In this document: positions 8,354 through 17,038 of the stretch, in pieces
Layout: the number at the start of each line of letters is the position of its first letter
Numbering within the stretch: the first letter of the stretch is position 1
DNA from: a virus
Lineage: Duplodnaviria; Caudoviricetes
Virus record (IMG/VR): IMGVR_UViG_3300017754_001741
Location: 1-24,181 of that record
Strand: one strand, 5' to 3'
DNA length: 24,181 nucleotides
Translations under genes and position numbers: made by a program
The notes under the pieces: generated by a model
What the model was told of the DNA's origin: nothing
What the model saw: only the letters and a program-made list of their open reading frames with translations
Database searches by the model: none

Positions 8354-9127
8354 ATGCCTCTCGGATCTCGCACACTCCTGACGCAGAACTCCGAGTTACG
8401 CCCTGATCACATCTGGAACTACGCCATACCAGCTTGGTACGTTGTCCTCCCGACAGGCGAGAGGTTCAAGACCTGCCCGAACGCAGGAGCCTGTGCTCAG
8501 GTGTGCTATGCGAGAAACGGGACCTATCGGTTCTCCAATGTCCTCGAAGCGCACACGCGCAACCTCACTCGCTATCTCGACGACCCGGGTCAATGGCTCT
8601 CCGACCTACACGGGGAGCTGGCGCAGTCGAAGTTCCGACCGACAGGCATACGACGTCGCGTGACGGGAGATCTCGATCCCTACCTTCGTCAATGGGTCGA
8701 GCGAGGAGGATCGGCGGTCCGTATCCACGACTCCGGCGACTTCTTTTCTCTTGAGTACCTTCGAGATTGGATCTACACGGCTCGCCTGTTCAGCGACGTC
8801 CTGTTCTACGCCTACACGAAAGAGGTCTCTCTCCTCAAGAGTCTCGACCCCGACGAGATCCCTCCGAACTTCCGCTACCTGTTCTCGACGGGAGGACTCG
8901 AGGACAGCCTCATTGACCCTGACAAGGATCGCCACGCAGACGTTTTCCCGACCGAGGAGGCAATCGCCCTAGCTGGATACCAGAGTCAAGAAGCCTCGGA
9001 TCTCCTCGCAATCCTTCTCAATACGACGAGGATCGGCATACCTGCTAACAACATTCCTCACTTCAACAAGAAGCTCAACGGGCGACGGTTCTCCGAGATC
9101 GGGAGACAGGATCGCTCGAAGGGATAG
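8354..9127 (+). CDS. Gp88-like protein (radical-SAM-related Fe-S protein)
   Basis: TCPNAGACAQVCYA (CX5CX3C), VRIHDSGDFF and FYAYTK motifs characteristic of the phage gene product 88 family. Confidence 0.8.
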   Translation: MPLGSRTLLTQNSELRPDHIWNYAIPAWYVVLPTGERFKTCPNAGACAQVCYARNGTYRFSNVLEAHTRNLTRYLDDPGQWLSDLHGELAQSKFRPTGIRRRVTGDLDPYLRQWVERGGSAVRIHDSGDFFSLEYLRDWIYTARLFSDVLFYAYTKEVSLLKSLDPDEIPPNFRYLFSTGGLEDSLIDPDKDRHADVFPTEEAIALAGYQSQEASDLLAILLNTTRIGIPANNIPHFNKKLNGRRFSEIGRQDRSKG

Positions 9128-9164
9128 AACTAGAGGGTCGAAAAGGTCGATACCTACCTCTGTC

Positions 9165-9188
9165 GGTAACACCCATTGGTGATACCAT
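9165..9188 (+). promoter_or_regulatory. Inverted repeat overlapping an extended -10 (second operator type)
   Basis: GGTAACACC-CATT-GGTGATACC (one mismatch); TG-A-TACCAT at 9180-9188, 7 nt before ATG 9196. Confidence 0.5.
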
Positions 9189-9195
9189 TTACGCA

Positions 9196-9453
9196 ATGGC
9201 TCCGACACCTCCTCCACCTCCCCGATCCTCACGAGAACAGAAACTCGAGTCCCTCGAACGCGAGATCGTCAGAGGACAGCGAGCCCTTCTCGAGCGCAAT
9301 CGCCTTGTCGTCGAACTCGTCTCCTCGGGCTACACGCAGGCAGACATCACCCGACGCCTCAACCGCCAGCGGACAGCCCTGAGCGCCGAACCTCTCACAC
9401 CCGACGCGATCCACGTCATTATCAAGAGAACCTCACCCAAGGAGAGCAACTAA
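9196..9453 (+). CDS. Small HTH-like DNA-binding protein, paralog 2
   Basis: LERNRLVVELVSSGYTQADITRRLN...LTPDAIHVIIKR aligns with 5264-5491. Confidence 0.65.
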   Translation: MAPTPPPPPRSSREQKLESLEREIVRGQRALLERNRLVVELVSSGYTQADITRRLNRQRTALSAEPLTPDAIHVIIKRTSPKESN

Positions 9454-10079
9454 TGAAAACGATTGAGCAAGAGTTCGACCCTGCGATCGCAGTCGCGGAC
9501 CTGTCCGAGCACCCCGACAACCCTCGCCGAGGCGACTCCAAGGCAGTCAACGACAGCATCGCCGCTAACGGCTTCTACGGGGCGATCCTCGTACAGAAGT
9601 CGACGGGTCGAGTCCTCGCTGGTCACACTCGCCTCAAGGCGGCTAAGCAGAGTGGCGCAACAGAGGTTCCGGGGATCTGGCTCGACGTCGACGACGCTCA
9701 GGCGAAGCGGATCCTTCTCGCGGACAATCGCACGAGCGACCTCGCCTACTACGACGATGACGCCCTTTTCGCTGTCCTCGGCTCGATCCTCGAGGACGGA
9801 GACAGCCTCAAGGGAACGGGATACGACGACGCGACCTACACTCTCCTGCTCCGCAACGACGAAAACCCGAACGACCTCTACGTCGGAAACGTCGAGCAGG
9901 GCATGACACCCGGCGACCGAGGACCGATCTACGACGCAAGCGACATTCGCTCGATCATTCTCCCGTTTCAAGGAGAAACCTACGACGAGGTCGTACAGAA
10001 CCTCACGACCTTGCGCTCGCGTTTCGACGTCAAGACGAACGCCGACGTAGTTCGGATCGTCCTCAGTCGGGCGATCTAG
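9453..10079 (+). CDS. ParB/sulfiredoxin-like N-terminal domain protein
   Basis: HPDNPRR...SIAANGFYGAILV...VLAGHTRLKAAK...LLADNRT; AAGGAG RBS, TAATG overlap. Confidence 0.85.
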   Translation: MKTIEQEFDPAIAVADLSEHPDNPRRGDSKAVNDSIAANGFYGAILVQKSTGRVLAGHTRLKAAKQSGATEVPGIWLDVDDAQAKRILLADNRTSDLAYYDDDALFAVLGSILEDGDSLKGTGYDDATYTLLLRNDENPNDLYVGNVEQGMTPGDRGPIYDASDIRSIILPFQGETYDEVVQNLTTLRSRFDVKTNADVVRIVLSRAI

Positions 10080-10081
10080 CC

Positions 10082-11026
10082 ATGAAGCGAGTCGTCCTCC
10101 AGCGACGTGTTCCCTCGGTTGTCTGTACGTCAATGGACGTCGGAGACAGGACTCGTACGATCCGTTCGTGCGGAGAGCTGATCCCGTACACGCCGAACAA
10201 GCCCTGCCCGAACTGCGGTCGAAAGCAGATCCGCGCGACAGCGCCAGCCCCGAGCCCCGACTCCCTCGTGATCAACGAGACAGCCTGTATCGTCGACGCC
10301 GATCTCGACGAGGTCGTCGCTGTCCAGATCCTCGGGGAACAGCAACTCGCCTCCGCAATCGCACAGCAGCTGCGACACGTCACTCAATGGGAGCGTGTCG
10401 GCAACGAAGGACGTCTTTCGGGGATCTCTGTCGAGCACAACACGTTTGGCTACGCGGCTCCAGCTCCTCTCCGATCTCGCTGGGCGTGTACGCGCTGTCG
10501 CTTCGACCGCAACTACCCCGACGCCGCGGAGCTGATCTACGACTTCGTCTACACCGCCGAGCGACGATTCCGCGAACACGCGCCCGACGCCTACCGTCAA
10601 TCCGCCGAGGCTGTTCTCGACGCGGTCCCGAACGCATGGCTTATTCGAGGGACGCCTTGGACCTCGGGGATCATCAACAACACCGCCGCCCTCCCGTTCC
10701 ACAAGGACTCAGGGAACATCAGAGGCTCATGGTCCGCCATGATCGCCTGTCGACACGGGATCGACGGAGGAATGCTCTACCTCGCGGACTACGACGTCTA
10801 CCTCGCTGTTCCTCACGGCTCGATCTCTATTTTCGACGGACAATCTGTGCTACATGGCGTTACGCCCTTTACCGTCACGTCGCACGACGCGTGGCGCTAC
10901 ACGCTCGTTGCCTACGCTAAGAGCGGCATGAAGTCATGCTCTCCGAATCCTGCCGACGAGGTAGAGCGCGCCGCGATTCGCGCCACCGACGCCGATCGGC
11001 GCAAGGCAGAGCGCCTCCGTAAGTGA
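10082..11026 (+). CDS. TET/JBP-like 2-oxoglutarate/Fe(II) dioxygenase
   Basis: HKD (HxD) then N, FDGQSVLHGVTP (distal His), RYTLVAY (2OG-binding Arg); N-terminal Cys cluster CPNCG. Confidence 0.8.
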   Translation: MKRVVLQRRVPSVVCTSMDVGDRTRTIRSCGELIPYTPNKPCPNCGRKQIRATAPAPSPDSLVINETACIVDADLDEVVAVQILGEQQLASAIAQQLRHVTQWERVGNEGRLSGISVEHNTFGYAAPAPLRSRWACTRCRFDRNYPDAAELIYDFVYTAERRFREHAPDAYRQSAEAVLDAVPNAWLIRGTPWTSGIINNTAALPFHKDSGNIRGSWSAMIACRHGIDGGMLYLADYDVYLAVPHGSISIFDGQSVLHGVTPFTVTSHDAWRYTLVAYAKSGMKSCSPNPADEVERAAIRATDADRRKAERLRK

Positions 11027-12105
11027 CCCTGACGACACTTCCCGACGACGCCGATCTACGCCGAGCTGAGTATCGGCGAGAGGTATTCCTTCGGTTCTAC
11101 GACTATCACACGAAGTACGGGACGCACCCCGGACTCGTCTACCTCATAATCCCCAGCCTCGCGGAGAAGCTCGAATGGACAACCGAGGAGACTCTCTGGT
11201 TCTCCTTCCTCAACGGCTGTACGCAACACCCGATTACTACGCTTCGCCTGTGGCGTGTCGCCCCGTCGATCGCCGACGCGGACAGGCTCGTCGGGTGGCT
11301 CGAGGAGAACGTCACTTCGATCGTCGTCGATACGGATCGGCGCTACCACCGTCGAGCGATACCGCAGGCGATACAGGGCTACAGAACCCTTCTCGGCGGA
11401 TCCTCACAGGAGGACTTCTGGAGAACGAAGGCAAGCGAAGGCTGGAGCGCGACATGGTCCGCGGCTCGAGCAATCCCGACCTTCGGCAGACTCTCCGCGT
11501 GGTCTTTCTGCGATTACCTCCTCTGCTCGGGCATCGCTGTCTCTCCGAGCGACCTCATGCTCGAGGATCGAGCCGGATCCCGATCGCACCGCAACGGACT
11601 CGCAATCGTGTCGGGACGCGATGACCTCGATCATCACGCGAGCAACCCGTCCTTCGACGGGCGCTACACGGGACAGGACCTCGAGTACCTCGCTCAGGTC
11701 GGCGACGACCTACTCCTCGAGGCACAGACACGCGCCGAGGGAGAGCCCTACGCTCGTTTCGTCAACAGACTGACCCTTGAGTCGGCTCTCTGTACCTACA
11801 AGTCTTTCCACCGACCCAACCGTCGGTATCCAAACGTCTACGCGGACATGATGTACGACAGGATCATGGCGTCGCGAGGAGTCGCGACCGACGCTGACCT
11901 CGACTTATTCTGGGAGATCCGCGCTGAGCGCCTCCCCGTCGAGCTGAGACTCGAGGACAACCTCGGAGACCCGGGTTGCGTCGCGCTCAAACAGAACTGG
12001 TACAGAGAGACAGGACGGTTGCCGATGATGTCGGGAGAATACGCGGACATGAGATGCGAGTTCGACGATCTCGTACGCACCAACTCGTTCGGAGTGTTCC
12101 GATGA
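11023..12105 (+). CDS. Amino acid:DNA transferase-like protein (aGPT-Pplase family, HhH glycosylase-like fold)
   Basis: DTDRRY, FGRLSAWSFCDYL, SHRNGL, LESALCTYK motifs; GTGA overlap; gene context. Confidence 0.72.
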   Translation: MTLTTLPDDADLRRAEYRREVFLRFYDYHTKYGTHPGLVYLIIPSLAEKLEWTTEETLWFSFLNGCTQHPITTLRLWRVAPSIADADRLVGWLEENVTSIVVDTDRRYHRRAIPQAIQGYRTLLGGSSQEDFWRTKASEGWSATWSAARAIPTFGRLSAWSFCDYLLCSGIAVSPSDLMLEDRAGSRSHRNGLAIVSGRDDLDHHASNPSFDGRYTGQDLEYLAQVGDDLLLEAQTRAEGEPYARFVNRLTLESALCTYKSFHRPNRRYPNVYADMMYDRIMASRGVATDADLDLFWEIRAERLPVELRLEDNLGDPGCVALKQNWYRETGRLPMMSGEYADMRCEFDDLVRTNSFGVFR

Positions 12106-13007
12106 CGATCGGGTGGGGCGAGGTCCTCACGGCTACGACGCCTTGGGAGAACCGAGGAGGGCGCTGGTACAAGCGAGAGGATTACTGCGCGCCTCTCGGC
12201 TACGGCAAGGTCAACGGAGCGAAGTTCCGTCAATGTCTCTTTCTCCTCAACCGAGCTGCCGAGTCGGGCTACTCAGGGATCGTCACGGGAGCCTCTGTCC
12301 TGTCGCCTCAGCTCCCCATGAGCGCCTGTATCGCCGAGCACGTCGGGCTTCCCCTGCGGATCGTCATCGGAGGGACAACACTCGACAAGGCAATACGCCA
12401 CAGCAACGTCAAGATCGCGCTCGACTTCGGAGCTGAGTTCCGCACGATCCGCGTGGGCTACAACCCGGCTCTACAGTCGGCTGTCACCAAGGACGTCGAG
12501 GAGACAGGGCGTTACCACCTCCGCTACGGGATCTCTCCCGACCCCGACGACGACTCGGTCATCGCCTTTCACAAGGTCGGCGCGGAACAGGCGCGCAACA
12601 TTCCGTCGGACCTCCATCACCTCGTCATACCCTGCGGATCGGCGAACTCGACGATCTCGATCCTTCTCGGGCTGTCGATCTACCCTCACTCCCTCGAGAA
12701 GGTCACGCTCATCGGGATAGGACCGAACAGAGAGAGCCTCATCGCGGACCGTCTCGACCTATTCCGCGAGAAGCTCGGAGTGTCCCTCCCGTCCTCTCTC
12801 GAGATCGAGATGCACGACCTCCATTCCTCGGGACTCGTCTCCTACGGCAAGCGCGTTCCTCAGTCGCTCGACGGGATCACCTTTCACCCGACCTACGAGG
12901 GCAAGGTCGTCAATCACCTGCTCTCTCACCCCGACGTAGCCCGAGGCTTCACCGAGGGAGACTCGACGACAGGGCTCTGGATCATCGGGTCCGAGCCGAA
13001 AGGATAG
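12102..13007 (+). CDS. PLP-dependent enzyme, fold type II (ACC deaminase/D-cysteine desulfhydrase-like)
   Basis: YKRED...NGAKFR (PLP Lys), IPCGSANS, HPTYEGK, LWIIG; start at ATGA overlap 12102. Confidence 0.8.
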   Translation: MTIGWGEVLTATTPWENRGGRWYKREDYCAPLGYGKVNGAKFRQCLFLLNRAAESGYSGIVTGASVLSPQLPMSACIAEHVGLPLRIVIGGTTLDKAIRHSNVKIALDFGAEFRTIRVGYNPALQSAVTKDVEETGRYHLRYGISPDPDDDSVIAFHKVGAEQARNIPSDLHHLVIPCGSANSTISILLGLSIYPHSLEKVTLIGIGPNRESLIADRLDLFREKLGVSLPSSLEIEMHDLHSSGLVSYGKRVPQSLDGITFHPTYEGKVVNHLLSHPDVARGFTEGDSTTGLWIIGSEPKG

Positions 13008-13009
13008 GC

Positions 13010-13549
13010 ATGAGAACGATCTACGTCATTGGAGCGCCCGGCTCAGGGAAGTCGTCTGCCGTCCTCCGCGCGACAGAACTCGTACATTGGGGAACACCGA
13101 CGCAACTCCTCGCCCCGATCCCACACCTTGATTACGGCGCAGGCTGTATCCAGCTCGGTAAGGTCCGCGAGACAGGCTTCTCAGGGACCGATGCTCTCGG
13201 CATGGCGATCAACCCCAAGGCGATCGAGTTCATCTCCTCCCGTCCAGCCAACGTCGTCCTCGGAGAAGGGGACAGGCTCGCCAACTCAGGCTTCCTTACC
13301 GCGGCGGACAGCGCAGGCGTACTAACGATTGTGTGGATCGACGTCCCTCCCGAAGTAGCGAGAGCGAGAGCCCGAGAACGCGCCCTCCGTCTCGGCACGA
13401 AGGAACAGACAGAGTCGTGGTGGAAGGGGCGCTACACCAAGACGCAACGCCTCGCTGGAGGCTGGTCTCACGTTCGGATCGACGGGACACAGAGCCCCGA
13501 CGTCGTCGCACAGGCGCTCGCTGACGTACTCCCGACACCTCGTTACTGA
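13010..13549 (+). CDS. P-loop nucleotide kinase (candidate 5-hydroxymethyluracil DNA kinase)
   Basis: IGAPGSGKS Walker A, FSGTDAL, VLGEGDRL; located next to the transferase and oxygenase. Confidence 0.75.
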   Translation: MRTIYVIGAPGSGKSSAVLRATELVHWGTPTQLLAPIPHLDYGAGCIQLGKVRETGFSGTDALGMAINPKAIEFISSRPANVVLGEGDRLANSGFLTAADSAGVLTIVWIDVPPEVARARARERALRLGTKEQTESWWKGRYTKTQRLAGGWSHVRIDGTQSPDVVAQALADVLPTPRY

Positions 13550-13566
13550 TAGCGTCAACTACCGAA

Positions 13567-13767
13567 ATGGGTAGACCGACCGAATACGAGACTCCACGCA
13601 TACAGGTATTGGTGCGCTTCGTCCCGAGGGACCTCCTCCTCGTCAAGGCTGAAGCGCGTCACTTAGGGATCAGCCTCAACCGCCTGATCGAGCGAGCCGT
13701 ACAGGATTGGATTATCCGCGAGGCAGGAGAGACAGACAGCCTCGACACTACGAAGGACACGCAATGA
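13567..13767 (+). CDS. Ribbon-helix-helix (Arc/HicB-like) DNA-binding protein
   Basis: QVLVRF...VKAEARHLGISLNRLIERAV pattern. Confidence 0.65.
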   Translation: MGRPTEYETPRIQVLVRFVPRDLLLVKAEARHLGISLNRLIERAVQDWIIREAGETDSLDTTKDTQ

Positions 13768-14498
13768 CCGCTAAGAAGGCAACCCCGAAGTCGACATCTG
13801 AGAAGCCCGTCGCCAAGCCTCCTCGCAAGGCAAGAGCCCGACGAGAGCCAACGGAGCGTTCGATCGACCTCGCGAAGGCGACCAACCTTGCCCTCGCTGG
13901 GGCGACCTACAAGCAGATTGCCTCGGAACTCTCGCTCGACGAGGAGACGGTCCGCTACCACCTCCTGTCTCCCGAGGGACAGCGAGCCCTTCGGTACGCG
14001 GTCAACGACCTACAGGATCGGACCGATCGGTTCCTCGCCTCGGCGCACCTACAGGCGATCCGACGTCTCGTGAGAGAAATGGAGGAGGCAGAGAAGTCGG
14101 GCGACCGTATTCGAGCCGCCTCGGCGATCACAATGCTGGCGGCGCGACGGATCGAGATCACAGGCGCGAACGGAGGTCCTGTCGAGGTCGATACGACGGC
14201 GGCGACACTTCTCGACGAACGCATCTCTCGAATGAGAGAGAGGTCGCGTACGGTGATAGATACGACAGCCGTTACCGTCGCAGCTGCCTCAGAACCTCAA
14301 GAGACTCAGAATGAGGTCATTGAGATCGTCCCGATCCAGCCCGAACTCAAAGAACTCAAAGAAACCACAGCAATCATCGTTGAGGTCGCTGAGTCTGTTG
14401 AGGTCCTTGAGGCTGTCCCCGAGCCGACACGTCTGCCGACGCGGACTCGACAGCCTGCTGGACTCGCTCCGGGTCAGGGACTTCGAGCAAGGCGATGA
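13764..14498 (+). CDS. Probable terminase small subunit (HTH plus low-complexity tail)
   Basis: GATYKQIASELSLDEETVRYHL HTH, IEITGANGGPVEV motif, directly upstream of TerL; start at ATGA overlap 13764. Confidence 0.7.
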   Translation: MTAKKATPKSTSEKPVAKPPRKARARREPTERSIDLAKATNLALAGATYKQIASELSLDEETVRYHLLSPEGQRALRYAVNDLQDRTDRFLASAHLQAIRRLVREMEEAEKSGDRIRAASAITMLAARRIEITGANGGPVEVDTTAATLLDERISRMRERSRTVIDTTAVTVAAASEPQETQNEVIEIVPIQPELKELKETTAIIVEVAESVEVLEAVPEPTRLPTRTRQPAGLAPGQGLRARR

Positions 14499-15901
14499 CG
14501 ACGATCGACAACTCTCAATGGGAACGCATGAGCGACGCGGAGCGCGCGATCCTGACAGGGGAGATCGACGAGATCCGAGCAGGGCTGTCTCCGTCTCAGC
14601 TCGAACAACTCATGTACCTCTGGGAGTTTTGGCGTCGCCCTAATCAGGCGCGTCCCGAGGGACTAGGGACTCGCTACCGCGCGTGGATGCTGATCGCTGG
14701 TCGAGGCTTCGGTAAGACTCGCGTCGGGGCGGAGACGACTCGACAGATGATCGGGATCGAACCTCGCATCGCCCTTGTCGGACCGACCGCCGCTGACGTG
14801 CGTGACGTCATGGTCGAAGGAGAGTCGGGTCTGCTGTCCGTGTTCCCTCCCTCCGAGCGCCCGATCTACGAGCCCTCGAAACGTCGAGTCACATTCCACA
14901 ATGGCGCAATGGCGACCTTGTTCTCGGCGGAGGAGCCCGATCGACTACGCGGACCTCAGCATGGTTGGGCATGGGTCGACGAGCCTGCCTCGATGCCTCG
15001 AGGCGAGGACGCTCTCTCGAACCTTCTCCTCGGTCTACGCCTCGGCAGGGAGCCTTGGGCGCTCCTCACGGGAACCCCGAAGCCTGCTCGCTGGCTCAGA
15101 CTCCTGTCTCAGCGCGACGATACTCTCGTCACGACAGGATCGACGTACGACAACGTCGCCAACCTCGCGCCGGGCTTCATTGACGACGTCCTCGGCAGGT
15201 ACGAAGGTACTCGCCTCGGGCGACAGGAGTTACACGCTGAGTGGCTCGACGACGTCGAAGGGGCGCTCTGGACGGAGCTGATCCTCGACCGATCCCGTCT
15301 CACGTCGTTCGATGTCCGTCAACCTTGGGCTGGACTCAATAAGCACCTCTCCGACCGAGGTCTCCCGTCGCTCCTCGAGCGTCGCGCGTGGAGGATCATC
15401 GTCGCTGTCGATCCGCCGGGCGAGACAGCTGAGTGCGGAATAATCGTCGCCTGCGCGCCTACGCAGGGCAGGGCTGGCGTCGATCACGCAGTCGTCCTCG
15501 AGGATTGCTCGATGCCCGGACGCCCCGAGGAATGGGGAGCGCAAGTAGCCTCCGCCGCCAAACGCTGGAACGCGGAGCGCGTCGTCGTCGAGTCCAATCA
15601 GGGCGGAGACATGGTCCGCGCGACGATCCACGCAGTCGAGCCGAATCTCCGAGTCGAAAAGATCACCGCCCGTCTTAGCAAGTCAGCTCGAGCCGAGCCC
15701 GTCTCCGCGCTGTACGAGCGAGGTCTCGTACACCACGCTGGCTTCTTTCCCATGCTCGAGAGTCAGATGACTAGCTGGGTCCCGAACGAAGGTAAGAGTC
15801 CCGACCGAATGGACGCTCTCGTACACGCGATCGCGTCTCTGCTGATCGCACAGCCCGTTGTACCCGGCTCGGTTGTCTCTCCCACACGTCGTCGCCTGTA
15901 A
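14495..15901 (+). CDS. terL: Terminase large subunit
   Basis: AGRGFGKT Walker A, LRGPQ..WAWVDE Walker B, TGTP, LGRQEL, VAVDP, VESNQGG, SPDRMDA nuclease motifs. Confidence 0.95.
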   Translation: MTTIDNSQWERMSDAERAILTGEIDEIRAGLSPSQLEQLMYLWEFWRRPNQARPEGLGTRYRAWMLIAGRGFGKTRVGAETTRQMIGIEPRIALVGPTAADVRDVMVEGESGLLSVFPPSERPIYEPSKRRVTFHNGAMATLFSAEEPDRLRGPQHGWAWVDEPASMPRGEDALSNLLLGLRLGREPWALLTGTPKPARWLRLLSQRDDTLVTTGSTYDNVANLAPGFIDDVLGRYEGTRLGRQELHAEWLDDVEGALWTELILDRSRLTSFDVRQPWAGLNKHLSDRGLPSLLERRAWRIIVAVDPPGETAECGIIVACAPTQGRAGVDHAVVLEDCSMPGRPEEWGAQVASAAKRWNAERVVVESNQGGDMVRATIHAVEPNLRVEKITARLSKSARAEPVSALYERGLVHHAGFFPMLESQMTSWVPNEGKSPDRMDALVHAIASLLIAQPVVPGSVVSPTRRRL

Positions 15902-15917
15902 CGACTAGACTCGGCAC

Positions 15918-16208
15918 ATGACACCATTTCTACTGACGCTCGTCGCGCTGTCGACATACCGACTCACACGCCTGATTACTGCCGACCGCCTTACGCAACG
16001 GATCCGAGAATGGGCGATTGCGAGAGGCGAGATGATCGGCTACCTCGCGACGTGCGACTGGTGTCTCTCGATCTGGATCGCTCCTGTCCCGTCGGTCCTT
16101 GCGCTCATTTACCCCTCCAATAGACTCCTCCTCGGAGCGTTAGTCGCGCTCTCCGCATCAGCCCTCACGGGTCTGATCGCCGCAACAGAAAGCAAACTCG
16201 ATGCCTGA
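15918..16208 (+). CDS. DUF1360-like membrane protein
   Basis: YRLTRLITAD...LATCDWCLSIW with hydrophobic helices; typical position after the terminase in actinophages. Confidence 0.75.
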   Translation: MTPFLLTLVALSTYRLTRLITADRLTQRIREWAIARGEMIGYLATCDWCLSIWIAPVPSVLALIYPSNRLLLGALVALSASALTGLIAATESKLDA

Positions 16209-17022
16209 TAGCCCTTACCCATTGCGAGTCCTGTCCCTCGGAGCAGGAGTTCAGTCGACGACGGTCCTCCTCAAGATGATCGCAGGAGAGATCGAGAGAG
16301 CCGACCACGTCGTCTACGCCGACGTCGGCTGGGAACCGAAAAATGTCTACACGCACCTTGACTACCTCAAGGGTCTCATGGAGAAGGAAGGGATCCCGTT
16401 CCACGTCGTCTCCGCAGGCAACATTCGTCAGGACTTCGTCGAGGGACGATCGGGCTTCGCCTCGATGCCTCTACACGTCGTCAACGCCGAGGGAAAGAAG
16501 GGCATGAAGCCGAGGCAATGTACAAGCAACTACAAGATCTTGCCCCTGCTCAAGAAGCAGAGAGAGCTGGCAGGGCTCGCCAAGGGCGAACGCTGTAAGG
16601 AACACCGCATTACGACCGTCATCGGGATCTCGGCTGACGAGTCTCAGCGAATGCGCGATCCTGCCTTCTCGTGGATCCGCAACGAGTATCCCCTCGTTGA
16701 CGCAGGACTAACCCGACAGGATTGTCTGGACTGGTGCGAGGAGCATGGCTTCGACCGTCCTCCTCGATCAGCTTGTATCGGCTGTCCGTTCAAGTCTCAA
16801 GACGAGTGGCGAGCCCTTCGGCAGATGCCCGAGGAATGGGCTGACGCGATCGACTTCGACGAGGCTGTCCGACGCGACCCCGGCATCATCGAACGCTTCG
16901 GCGGTCGCGCCTACCTTCACGCCTCCCTCCAGCCTCTCAGCGAGGTCGATCTCCGCACGAACGATGAGAAGGGGATCTGGTCTCTGTTTGACATGGAGTG
17001 CGAAGGAATGTGCGGTCTCTGA
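16201..17022 (+). CDS. PAPS reductase-like PP-loop protein, copy 2
   Basis: Colinear paralog of 3298-4113, same LSLGAGVQST, SACIGCPF and ECEGMCGL motifs. Confidence 0.8.
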   Translation: MPDSPYPLRVLSLGAGVQSTTVLLKMIAGEIERADHVVYADVGWEPKNVYTHLDYLKGLMEKEGIPFHVVSAGNIRQDFVEGRSGFASMPLHVVNAEGKKGMKPRQCTSNYKILPLLKKQRELAGLAKGERCKEHRITTVIGISADESQRMRDPAFSWIRNEYPLVDAGLTRQDCLDWCEEHGFDRPPRSACIGCPFKSQDEWRALRQMPEEWADAIDFDEAVRRDPGIIERFGGRAYLHASLQPLSEVDLRTNDEKGIWSLFDMECEGMCGL

Positions 17023-17038
17023 GGCGATCTCCGAGGCG

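Noticed and set aside
9450-10702. Long antisense ORFs (9450-10133, 10130-10702) and similar ones elsewhere
   Set aside because: Mirror frames of real genes, expected in GC-rich DNA; no motifs or RBS.
11976-12101. N-terminal extension of the PLP enzyme ORF
   Set aside because: Overlaps the transferase gene; the ATGA overlap at 12102 is the better start.
15290-15395. Extra segment between the TerL ATPase and nuclease domains as an intein or intron
   Set aside because: Only ~30 aa, in frame, no intein C/HN termini; likely a linker insertion.
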